Source of the DNA: Candidatus Dormiibacterota bacterium
GTDB taxonomy: Bacteria; Chloroflexota; Dormibacteria; Aeolococcales; Aeolococcaceae
Assembly (NCBI GenBank): GCA_963718525.1
Contig: OY970355.1
Span: 480,001-544,000 of the forward strand
DNA length: 64,000 nt
Reading direction: 5' to 3'
Below, piece after piece: positions 24,801 through 34,266 of the stretch. The notes beneath the pieces are model-generated. The model was not told the origin of the DNA. It searched no databases and saw only the letters and a program-made list of their open reading frames with translations. The translations under genes and the position numbers were made by a program. How positions within the stretch are numbered: the first letter of the stretch is position 1; each line of letters opens with the position of its first letter.

Positions 24801-25217
24801 CTAACCGATGACGACAGCGTCGGTCAACGCATCGATGCCGGCGAGCCGTGCGGCCAGTTCCGGACTCAGGTCGTAGCGCGCGGCGAGCGCGCCCGGTGAC
24901 GTGTAGCTGACCCTGGTTTGATCTCCGTCCGCCCAGACCAGCACCTTCAGGGGCAGATCGAGGGCCGCCAGCGGAGATGCCTGCATCACCGGCGTTCCGG
25001 CTTGCGGGGAGCCGAAGACCACGACCTTGGTGTCACGCAACGCAACTCCCACGTTTGCAGCCTCTCCACTGTGATCGATCACCGCGAATACCTTCATGCC
25101 TTTCGAGGCCACGAGCGTGAGCAGGCGCGAGACGGTTTCGGCAACTGACAGGGGGCTCAGCTTGGTGGTCACGCCAGCTCGATCAGGCCGAGCAACCGAT
25201 GCCGATTCATTGGTCAT
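24801..25217 (-). CDS. DUF302 family protein
   Basis: FAVIDHSGEA..VG..LR.TKVVVFGSP..GTPVMQ..P..ALDLPLKVLVW. Confidence 0.88.
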   Translation of the reverse strand: MTNESASVARPDRAGVTTKLSPLSVAETVSRLLTLVASKGMKVFAVIDHSGEAANVGVALRDTKVVVFGSPQAGTPVMQASPLAALDLPLKVLVWADGDQTRVSYTSPGALAARYDLSPELAARLAGIDALTDAVVIG

Positions 25218-25236
25218 GGTCGTGCCTCATGCATGG

Positions 25237-25608
25237 TCAGTGGTGCAGCCGCGTCTGGTCGATGTCGCCGTGGTCCATCCCGAAGTAGTGCGCAACTTCG
25301 TGCAAGAGGGTGTCGTGCACCTGGTCGACCAGTTCCGCGCGGGTCCTGGACCACCGCTCGATGTGGTGCTGCAGCAGGACGATCCGCTTGGGATACCCCG
25401 TGGCGCTGAACGTCGACTCGGTGGCGCCCTGGAAGTAGCCGAGCACGTGCTCGCCGATGCCGTGCCCGCGATCGTCGTCGGTGGCGTCAGGCTGAATCGT
25501 GATCAGCAGATTGTCGGCGTCCATGCGGGCGCGCAATTCCGGCGGGATGCTGTCGAGAGCTTCGGCAGCGATGCTCTCGAATTCATCCGCGGAGACCTGA
25601 TACGCCAC
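25237..25608 (-). CDS. zincin-like (minimal) metallopeptidase family protein
   Basis: FE..AAEALDSIP, LGYFQG, TLLHEVAHYFG (HExxH). Confidence 0.85.
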   Translation of the reverse strand: MAYQVSADEFESIAAEALDSIPPELRARMDADNLLITIQPDATDDDRGHGIGEHVLGYFQGATESTFSATGYPKRIVLLQHHIERWSRTRAELVDQVHDTLLHEVAHYFGMDHGDIDQTRLHH

Positions 25609-25851
25609 CCACTGAGAATGTCACAAGGCCGCCGACCCGGTGGGAGTGGACCCGCCGCGGTGATGCGGACGGATCGTGGTCAGCCGGCGCTCACCGGATT
25701 CGCGTTCGTCGATGAGTTCGCCGCGGATGCCGATCCACGCGAGGTTGCCCTCGCGGGTCGTGGCGCTGGTGAAGCGGTCGCGAACCTCGACTAGCCCCCG
25801 ACCGCGCCGGCAGGTGGTCCGGCGACCCGCTTGCCCTATCCTCACCGGGCC

Positions 25852-26874
25852 ATGGCCACTCAGCACGCCGAATATGCCATCGAGGTCTCAGGCCTCCACA
25901 AGTCCTTTGGCAAGGTGCACGCCCTGCGCGGGATCGACTTCAACGTTCCTAGAGGCAGCGTGCTCGGCATGCTCGGCCCCAACGGTGCCGGCAAGACCAC
26001 CGCGGTGCGCGTGCTGACAACGTTGCTCCGCCCGGACTCCGGGCGCGTGGTCATCGAGGGATACGACGTGGTGCGCGACGCTGCGGCAGTCCGGCGGTGC
26101 ATCGGGCTTGCCGGCCAGTCGACCGCGATCCAGCTCGAGCTGACCGGGCGCGAGAACCTCGAGATCATGGGTCGCCTCAATCACATGGAGCGACACACGG
26201 TCCGGGACCGAGCCGCTGCGTTGCTCGAGCGCTTCGCTATCGCGGAGGCCGCGGACCGGCCGGCGAAGACGTACTCCGGAGGGATGCAGCGCCGGCTCGA
26301 CCTTGCCGCGAGTCTCATCGCCGAGCCGTCGGTGCTCTTTCTCGACGAGCCCACCACCGGGCTCGACCCGTACGGGCGCCTCGGGATGTGGGAGATCATT
26401 CGGGAGCTCGTCGAACGCGGTACCACGTTGCTGCTGACGACGCAGTACCTCGACGAAGCTGATGAGCTCGCCAACACGATCGTCGTTGTCGACCGTGGCG
26501 AGGTCATCGCCTCGGGAACCCCGGATCAACTCAAGAACCAGGTCGGCGGCGATCTCCTCGAGTTCACCGTTCCCGATCGGGCGAAGCTCGACAATGCGGT
26601 GCGTGCGGTCGAGGGCCTGTCGGACGCCGCTCCCACCGTCGACCCCGAAACACGGCGCATCAAAGTGCCGGTCGGCAGCCGCGGATCAACCGCATTGGTG
26701 GAGGCGGTGCGCCGGCTGGACGCCGCCGGCATCGCGACCGAGGATCTTGCCCTGCACCGGCCGTCGCTCGATGACGTCTTCCTGGCAGTGACCGGTCACG
26801 CTGCAGAGGCATCGTCGGATGCCATTCGCAAGTCCGCGTCGCCCTCGAAAGCCTCTGCGGGAGTGTCATCGTGA
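25852..26874 (+). CDS. ABC exporter ATP-binding subunit (DrrA family)
   Basis: GPNGAGKTT, YSGGMQRRLDLA, FLDEPTTGLDP, LTTQYLDEAD, RPSLDDVFL. Confidence 0.93.
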   Translation: MATQHAEYAIEVSGLHKSFGKVHALRGIDFNVPRGSVLGMLGPNGAGKTTAVRVLTTLLRPDSGRVVIEGYDVVRDAAAVRRCIGLAGQSTAIQLELTGRENLEIMGRLNHMERHTVRDRAAALLERFAIAEAADRPAKTYSGGMQRRLDLAASLIAEPSVLFLDEPTTGLDPYGRLGMWEIIRELVERGTTLLLTTQYLDEADELANTIVVVDRGEVIASGTPDQLKNQVGGDLLEFTVPDRAKLDNAVRAVEGLSDAAPTVDPETRRIKVPVGSRGSTALVEAVRRLDAAGIATEDLALHRPSLDDVFLAVTGHAAEASSDAIRKSASPSKASAGVSS

Positions 26875-27698
26875 GCCTGGTCGCACGACGGGCTGATATC
26901 AGAATCCAGCCGAGCGCCGTGCAGATGGCGCGCTGGGCGATCAGCGACACCCTGGTGATGACGCGTCGCAATCTGCTCGTGTGGATGCGCGTTCCCGCCT
27001 ACATCGTCTTCACGGTGGTGCAGCCGGTCATCTTCGTGCTCCTCTTCCGGTATGTCTTCGGTGGCGCAATCCGGGCTCCGGGATCAGGTGGGTATGTCAG
27101 CTACCTCATGCCCGGGATCATCGGGCAGACAGCTGCGTTCGCAACCTTCGCAACCGCCATCGCCCTGGCGCAGGAGGCAACGAAGGGAGTCATCGACCGT
27201 TTCCGGGCCATGCCGATGGCTCGATCGGCGGTGCTCGCAGGCAGGCTGGTGGCGGACTCGATCCGGATGCTGATCGTCATCCTCGTGATCGTCGGCGTCG
27301 GGTACGCGGTGGGCTTCCGATTTCAGAACGGAGTGGTCGGCGCCATCGGCATGATCCTGCTCGCCGAGGCGTTCGGCATCGCCGTGTGCACGGTTTCCGC
27401 ATTCGTGGGACTCGCGATCAAGGACGAGGAGTCCGTCCAGGCCTTCGGCCTGATCTGGATATTCCCTCTGACGTTTGTCAGCTCAGCGTTCGTCCCGATC
27501 GCGACCATGCCCGGGTGGCTCCAGGTGTTTGCGAACAATCAGCCGGTGACGCTGGTGATCAACGCCATGCGTGCGATGGCGCTGGGCGGGCCGCAATTCC
27601 CGCTCAACCCCGCTCTCTGGGAGAGCCTCGTGTGGCTCGCAGGCGTGATGATCGTCTTCACTCCCCTCGCCGTGCGCAGCTACAGGCGGGTCGGATAG
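26871..27698 (+). CDS. ABC-2 type permease (DrrB family)
   Basis: GVIDRFRAMPMARSAVL.GR, FVSSAFVP..TMPGWLQ; 4-nt overlap with the ATPase gene. Confidence 0.92.
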   Translation: MSLVARRADIRIQPSAVQMARWAISDTLVMTRRNLLVWMRVPAYIVFTVVQPVIFVLLFRYVFGGAIRAPGSGGYVSYLMPGIIGQTAAFATFATAIALAQEATKGVIDRFRAMPMARSAVLAGRLVADSIRMLIVILVIVGVGYAVGFRFQNGVVGAIGMILLAEAFGIAVCTVSAFVGLAIKDEESVQAFGLIWIFPLTFVSSAFVPIATMPGWLQVFANNQPVTLVINAMRAMALGGPQFPLNPALWESLVWLAGVMIVFTPLAVRSYRRVG

Positions 27699-27722
27699 CC
27701 GCAGCGACGAGGCTTCTGGCGC

Positions 27723-28904
27723 TCAGAGACCCTTGGCCCCATTGGGCGTCCCGATGCCGGTTGGGGCGTCGTAGCCCTTGACACCATTGCACAGGTAATT
27801 CTGGAGGCTGCCGCAGGATCCGTTCGAGCCACCGATCACATCGAAGAAGCCTCCAACGTGGTGATACGCGTATCCGGGCGACATCGTCTTTCCGTTGCCG
27901 GCGAGCCCGACGACACCTGCGATGAACGGCGACGATGCGCTCGTCCCACCCACCCCGATCCATCCCGGGTTGAGGCCGTCGAATCCCGGCGGGAAGCTCG
28001 TGTCGTAGACGGCGAGACCGGGGTTCGGGTCAGCATCGGCTGAAACATCGGCGACGGTGCGCATGAAGCAGTGATTGCCAGGCTGCCAGGACGGCTTGGC
28101 GATATATGCCGAGCAGCCGCTCCCCGCCCCGTTCCAGGCGATCTCCGACCAGCCGCGAGCGTTGCTCGCGGGTGAGAGAGTCGTGCCGCCCACGGCGACG
28201 ACATTCGACATCACCGCCGGGAAGTTCGCCGCTCCGAAGCCGAAATCGCCGGAGGAGACCAGGATCGTCGTTCCCGGATGGCGGTAGTACTTCTCGAATT
28301 GCTGCATGCCATTGAACTCCGCGAGCCCATAGCTGTTCGAGATCGCCGCAACCCCGAGACCTGCCGCGGTGTCCTCGGCGATGCCGAGATCCAGGACCAA
28401 GGAGCTCGACGCCTCAACGAGCACGATGTGGCACAGGGGGCATGCCGCCGACACCATGTCGAGGTCGAGGGAGATCTCGATGCCCCAACCAGGATCGGCG
28501 CTGGGATAGGGACCCGCCGTGCCGGTTTCATTCAGCTTGCGGAAACAGCCGTTCGAGGTCGTGCACGGCGCGAGCCCGTTGGTGCTGCGGTACGTCGCCA
28601 GATCGGCCTCGGCGGTGGGGTCGTCGAAAGCGTCGACAACCGCAATCGTCTGGCCTGCGCCCCGGCTGACCGGCAACCTGTACGCACTCTCGAGCTGGGA
28701 TGCGACGTATCCGGCGATCGTGGTCGTGGAGTGCGCGATCGGGCGTTGTGTCACAACGTCAGCGAAACAGCGCGCCGCACCCGGTGGGGCGACGCCGCAC
28801 GCGTGCGTCACGCTGGGTGCGGCGGATGCCGCCGCGCGAGCTGTCGCCCCGCCCGCAAATGACGCGACCAGCAACGACCCGACGGCGATCCACTGTGTCT
28901 TCAT
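27723..28904 (-). CDS. secreted S53 (sedolisin-type) serine peptidase
   Basis: Signal peptide; EISLDLD (Glu/Asp), SSGD oxyanion hole, GGTSASSP (Ser), GYDAPTGIGTP Ca-site. Confidence 0.88.
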   Translation of the reverse strand: MKTQWIAVGSLLVASFAGGATARAAASAAPSVTHACGVAPPGAARCFADVVTQRPIAHSTTTIAGYVASQLESAYRLPVSRGAGQTIAVVDAFDDPTAEADLATYRSTNGLAPCTTSNGCFRKLNETGTAGPYPSADPGWGIEISLDLDMVSAACPLCHIVLVEASSSLVLDLGIAEDTAAGLGVAAISNSYGLAEFNGMQQFEKYYRHPGTTILVSSGDFGFGAANFPAVMSNVVAVGGTTLSPASNARGWSEIAWNGAGSGCSAYIAKPSWQPGNHCFMRTVADVSADADPNPGLAVYDTSFPPGFDGLNPGWIGVGGTSASSPFIAGVVGLAGNGKTMSPGYAYHHVGGFFDVIGGSNGSCGSLQNYLCNGVKGYDAPTGIGTPNGAKGL

Positions 28905-28935
28905 CGTGGTGTTTCCTTCACGTGGTCGACCGTTC

Positions 28936-31143
28936 TCATGGGAACGCATACGCGTTGAGGATCGTCTGATCAAGCACGCCGCCGTCGGCATCTGTGACGC
29001 TGATGCGGATCGCCGCCGTTCCGGCGTGACTCGGGTCGCTGTAGCTCACCGCGTAGTTGTTGGCGCCGTTCGGGCTCACCTTCGCCGCCACCCACGTCGA
29101 CCCACCGTCGAACGAGATCGAGACCGCGGCCGAGGTCGTCGCGATGGACGCGCCAAGCATGTGCGAGATGCCCAGCTGGAAGGTCACCGAGCCTGACGCA
29201 ACATGACCGGTGTCATCCTCGGGGAGCTGATAGCTGGGGAGCATGAGAGCCACGACGCTGCACCCGACGCTGGTTCCGCTGAAGCACACCCATCCCGTGG
29301 GAGGTGGCGCGCTCGTTGCGCCGGGGCTCGAGAATCCCCACGTCGTGGTCTGACTCGTGGACAGCGTTCGCCATGGAGCGCTGGTGACGACGCTGTACTT
29401 CAGCTGGTACGTCGCGGCACCCGATGGGATCGGCACGCTGATCCCGAGCGGGTCCGGACCGGCGCTGATCGGGACCCCGTCACGCCAGAGCGTGTACGTG
29501 TCTGTTTCGGTGAGGCCCGGTGCCGGGAAGTTGGGAAATCCGGTATGGCCGGGCGGGTTGTCCCCATACGGGTACACCGCGAGCTCGAGCATCCCCGCCT
29601 CGGTGCACGCAGGGCACGCCTGGACCACGGGGTATACGGCGCCGGCGCCGGTGTCGATGGAGACGCCCGGGCCAATCGGTCCGCGGTTCCAATCCGCGCC
29701 ATATGCTGTCGCCGGTGCCAGCACCCGAGGCAAGTCCTGGCTCAGCCCACCGAACGAGTTGGCATCGGCGACAACCTGTTGCAGCCACAGCAGGTCGGAC
29801 GCGGCGAGCACATATTCCGTCCGATCAAACGGCCCATTGAAGTTGTCGAACGTGCCGAATGCAATGAACTGCCAGGGGAAGAACGACTGGCGGATCTCCG
29901 CCTCCGGGTTGCCGGCGACATCGCTGGAATACCGCGTGGCGACGGTCGCGAGTTGCGCTGTCTTGACGGCGTGGCGCTGCTCTGCCGAGATTGCCCCCGA
30001 GGAGCCGTACGTCAGGTCATACGAATACGCGGTGGGGCTTGCCGCCGGTGAATCGAGGTGGAACGAAGCCACCCACCCCTGAGTCCCCACCGCGGGCGCG
30101 GGGGTGGGACTCACGTACGCCGCGAATGGTGGCAGGCCTGCGCCGAACGACCATGCCGAGCCGAAGCTCGTCCCGCCCGTTTGCCCCGCGCTGTCGCGCT
30201 GCCAGGTCACGCTGGCAGACCCGACGCCGGTCGGCATCGGCGTGGCCACCGCGATCCGTGCCGTCGCGGTGCGCGCATCGACAGTCACCGCCGTGTTCCC
30301 GTGGACCGTGAAGTCCAGGATGGCGATGTGCTCCTGGCCGCTCGGGGGAGGTCCTCCAGCCCCGGTGCCGGAAAATTGCACGAAGTCGCCGATCATCGCG
30401 TAGTGACCGTCGGGGACGCTCACCTTGAAGATCCCCTTGTACCACTGCTCCAAGCCGACGCCCGCGCTGTCGAGCGCGTTGCCGGTGTTGAGGAGGATGG
30501 CGAGGTCGCCTGTGTCGGGTGCACCCTTGAAATCGATGCCGTTGACGGTCAGCGTGTGGAGTGTGAAACCGGGCGCTCGCTGCCGCGCCGCTGACACCGC
30601 GGCCGCCAGGCTGACCCGGTCGATGTTCGTGAGCGCGCCAGACGCAAGCGCCGACTGAAGCCCCGCACCGGATGAGGCGGTGACCACGCCGTCGGTGGTG
30701 CCGGCGGACACGCTGACGGGGTGGACGAGCCAGGGCATCGCCGGAGCGGACGTGCCGTGCCAGGACACCTGCACGGGAACCTGACCGGGAGCTGCGGCCT
30801 CCGCCTGGATCAGCGCGTCGATCCTGAACAGCGTCGGATCCAGCTGCACTCCGAGACTGTGCATGACCACGGCCGGCAGCACGTACCAGGCCGAATTCGC
30901 TTCGAACGTGACCATCGGCGTGGCCGGCTTCGACACGGTGTTGAACGCAACCGCCCCGTTCGGACCGGCGCTCTCGAGGACGCGCTCTCCGGTGACCAGC
31001 GTGATCAGGTGGTCAGGCTGCGCGGCCCTCACCGCGGAGCTCGCGGCTCGATGCGCGGCGACCGGCGATACACCGGCGACGGCCGCGACCGCGACGGATC
31101 CCAACAGCGCTGTCAACGTCCGGATCTGATGGCGGTGCGTCAC
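28936..31143 (-). CDS. large secreted protein resembling the non-catalytic regions of actinobacterial S8 peptidases
   Basis: Signal peptide, ITLVTGERV N-terminal motif, HTLTVNG..GAPDTG, C-terminal SISFDGGSTW; no subtilisin D/H/S motifs seen; GGGAGG RBS. Confidence 0.65.
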   Translation of the reverse strand: MTHRHQIRTLTALLGSVAVAAVAGVSPVAAHRAASSAVRAAQPDHLITLVTGERVLESAGPNGAVAFNTVSKPATPMVTFEANSAWYVLPAVVMHSLGVQLDPTLFRIDALIQAEAAAPGQVPVQVSWHGTSAPAMPWLVHPVSVSAGTTDGVVTASSGAGLQSALASGALTNIDRVSLAAAVSAARQRAPGFTLHTLTVNGIDFKGAPDTGDLAILLNTGNALDSAGVGLEQWYKGIFKVSVPDGHYAMIGDFVQFSGTGAGGPPPSGQEHIAILDFTVHGNTAVTVDARTATARIAVATPMPTGVGSASVTWQRDSAGQTGGTSFGSAWSFGAGLPPFAAYVSPTPAPAVGTQGWVASFHLDSPAASPTAYSYDLTYGSSGAISAEQRHAVKTAQLATVATRYSSDVAGNPEAEIRQSFFPWQFIAFGTFDNFNGPFDRTEYVLAASDLLWLQQVVADANSFGGLSQDLPRVLAPATAYGADWNRGPIGPGVSIDTGAGAVYPVVQACPACTEAGMLELAVYPYGDNPPGHTGFPNFPAPGLTETDTYTLWRDGVPISAGPDPLGISVPIPSGAATYQLKYSVVTSAPWRTLSTSQTTTWGFSSPGATSAPPPTGWVCFSGTSVGCSVVALMLPSYQLPEDDTGHVASGSVTFQLGISHMLGASIATTSAAVSISFDGGSTWVAAKVSPNGANNYAVSYSDPSHAGTAAIRISVTDADGGVLDQTILNAYAFP

Positions 31144-31206
31144 AGGTCCTCCCTTGTCATCCCTTGCCTTCGAACCCCTCGCCCAGCCTGCCCGAGTGTG
31201 GTGACC

Positions 31207-34180
31207 TTACTGGAACCAGCCCTCGATGTCGAGGATGGCGTTGGTGTTCCCGGCGCCATTGAACAGCGTCACGTCGCCGGCGACCAAGCCCGTCGTCGGG
31301 AGCTGCACGACGACAAGATTCGCGAGTACTTCGCCGGCCGCCACGTTGATGTCCGATGCGCCCGGCAGGCCCAGATTCGCCGGGTAGAGCGTGAGATACG
31401 TTCCCCGGTCCGGGAGGACCGCGGTGAGGTTGCCGATGACGGCCCGGACCACGGGGCTCCCGGACGGGATCCCATACACCCCCGCCACCGTGACGAGCTT
31501 CGACGCCTGCGCCCCCAGCTCCGGGCCCGCGCAGCGCACGCCGGACGTGCTCCGCGTGTCGCAGACCCGGGTCGGGCCGATCGCCTGGTACTGGTATCCA
31601 GGCGGCGCGGCAGCACTCCCTAACCAGCCGTTCGCGTCGATGTAGATGTTGATGACACCGTTCGAGCTGTAAACACAGACTGACGTGTCCGGCCCTCCGG
31701 TGGTCGCCGGACCGAGGGATACCATGACGCGATTCGCGACCACGGCCGCCGCAGCCAGGTTGACCGTGGAGAACGGCGGCGGGGCTGACCCGGAGTACGC
31801 ACAGGTTCCGCCAGGCGTCGTCGGGAACACGCTGAGGTAGGTGCCGGTGGACCCGACCACGCCGGCGATGTTGAGCACCGCCACTGCCGCATGCGTTCCC
31901 GGGATTGCGTCGGTCCCGGTTCCGGTGACGTTGATGATGCGCGGTTGCCCGCCCAGCAACGCGCCCTGAGACTGACACGCAGTGCGCGGCACACCGCTCC
32001 TCGTGTCGCAGACGCGGACCGGAGCGATGGGATGGAATTCGCCGGTCGGGTCACTCACGGAGTCGGGGGCGAAATACCCCTCGACATCCGCAACCACGTC
32101 GACGCTCCCGGCCGCGTTGTAGATGTTGACCTCGCGATTCGTATCCGACGGACCGTTCTGCCCAAGCGTCACCGTCACGAGATTGGCCGTGATGGTCTGC
32201 GCAGCAAAGTTCAGGTTGGAGGCCTGCGGCCGGCCCGTCCCTGTCGGGTAGACGGTGAGCAGGCTGGACGTGCTGTTGTTGAACGCGGTCACGTTCACCA
32301 CCACCGCCGTCGCGCTCGCCGGTATCGGGTCGGCGCCACTGGGCAGGCCGGTGACGCCCGTCAGCTGCAGCGTGCGAAGTCTCGCCGGCAGCGAGTGCCC
32401 CGGCGCCGCACTGGATGCACGGTGGTGAACGCGTGTCCAGAATCCGGAAGGGGGTGACCGGGACGTATCCGGCCAGGCTGGTGTAGATGTATCCGGCCCC
32501 CGATGTCAGCACGCTCGTGCCCAGTGAATCAACGACCTGCACCTGGACGTAGCCCGCGCTGTCGGCAGGTGTCGTGAACGTGAACGACGTCGCGCTGATG
32601 CTCGCAGGCGTCACCGCGAGACCACCTACTGTTGCAGTCATCCCTGACAGGAACCCGGCCCCGTGAACGGTCACCGTCTGGCCGCCGGCGGTCGGACCGG
32701 CTGCGGGAGTGACCGCGCTGATGTTCGGCCCGTCTGAGAACGCCTGCACCAGCGTGCCACCTTCAACGTAGATCATCCCGTTGGACGCCGAGGGGGAGGT
32801 GAAGTGATTGCTGCCGCCGGTGATGGAGTGACTCGTCAGCTCATTGCCATTGGTCGCGTCGTACTGGTACATGGTGTTTCCATCACTGCCCACCGACCAC
32901 ACCCCATCCCCCACCACGATGGGCGGCTTGCTCGACGCCTGACCTGTGTTGTGCCACCCCAGGGAGAAGTCGTCGGTCGATGGCGCGATCTGTACCGCCT
33001 GCAGGCCATCGCTGCATCCCACGAACACGGTCTCGACGCCGCCGACGAGGCTGTACGCCAGGCTCCCAAAGGCGGCATCACTGGTTGCGGAGCAAACGCG
33101 GTGCGAGGCGAGGCCGCCGCTCACATGGCCGAGCAGCGTGCTGTCGAGCAGGTAGCCCATGCCACTCTTGCCAACCTGAAAGACACGATTGTCGGGTAGC
33201 TGCAGGGGCGTGCTCGATCCAAGGTCGGCATCGCTTGCGTTGTCCTGGTACCAGGTCGGGCCTCCATCGTGCGTGGGGTCGGACAACCCGCTCGGAGCGA
33301 AATAGTCCTGCAGCGTCAGACTGGCCGGCGCGAGCTTGATCACGCCGTCGCTCTGGTCATACGTATCGGAACTGCTGAACTCGTTGCTGTTGCCTGTGGC
33401 GACGAAGACGTTCCCGCTCGCATCGACGGATGCGCCGCCGGCCGCCCAGATACCCGCTTCCATGTCGGTCGAACTCACCGACGCCGATGACCACCACTGG
33501 ACGGTGCCGGTCCCCGTCTCGGGATACGAGATGACGTACCCGCGATACCCGTCGGTGGGGTTGCTCCCATTGGTGCAATCACCGGCGAGGCCTCCAAGGG
33601 TCGCGTACGCCTCGCCACCGGCGACCGTGAGCGCGCCTCGCTGCTGCTGGTAGTTGGCGTCGAAGTTGATGCCAGCGCGGTTGCCGGGATTCATGTTCAC
33701 GACGCGCGTGATCGCTCCCGTCGACAGCGTGAGCGTCACCAGATCGAACTGGAACGTCGTCGGGGTGGTCTCCACCTCCGCCAGGACGTAGACATTGCCG
33801 GCGTCAATGACGGGAGTTCCGGTGATCCCCAGCGGCGTGATGTCCCCGCAGGGGAAGTTGTCCGTTCGTGGTACCGCTGTCGGCGTGGGGACGTGCTTGG
33901 TCCACACCACCGCACCCGTCGTCGCATTGAGCGAGTAGACGGTGTCGTTCTCGGTCGCGACAATGAGCTGATTGCCGTTGATGACCGGCTGACCGTACAG
34001 CTGCCCGTCGAGCGCCGCCGACGTCCACCCGACCGTCCCGCTCACCGCCTGGTCGGTCGTGTCGTCGCCCTGCCGGGTGTTGTTGCCGTGGTAGGTGGGC
34101 CAGTCGGCAGCCACCTGGGTATACGTGAGCAGCGGCCCGAGAACCGCCAGGGCGATGATCAGCCGGCGCACGCGGAGCAT
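31207..34180 (-). CDS. secreted PQQ-like beta-propeller + IPT/TIG + 'R..DTR' repeat surface protein, interrupted by a +1 frameshift at about 32377
   Basis: DWPTYHGNNTRQG, DADLGS, ISAVTPAAGPTAGGQTVTVHG (IPT), RILDTR/RVCDTR repeats; deleting one A at 32377 joins ORFs 32051-34180 and 31207-32304 as ...AGETRTLQLTG...ATAVVVNVT. Confidence 0.8.
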
Positions 34181-34266
34181 TGTCAGGCTTGTCCGGTCAT
34201 TCGCATGGCATTCCGGTCACGGCGGCTCGCTCTCTGCCGTACCCTCTGACCCCCGAACAGCCCTGG

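Noticed and set aside
25852-27698. DrrAB-like exporter, and the ABC-F at 52358, as antibiotic-resistance genes
   Set aside because: Family membership alone does not give substrate or function, and there is no biosynthetic cluster or mobile context
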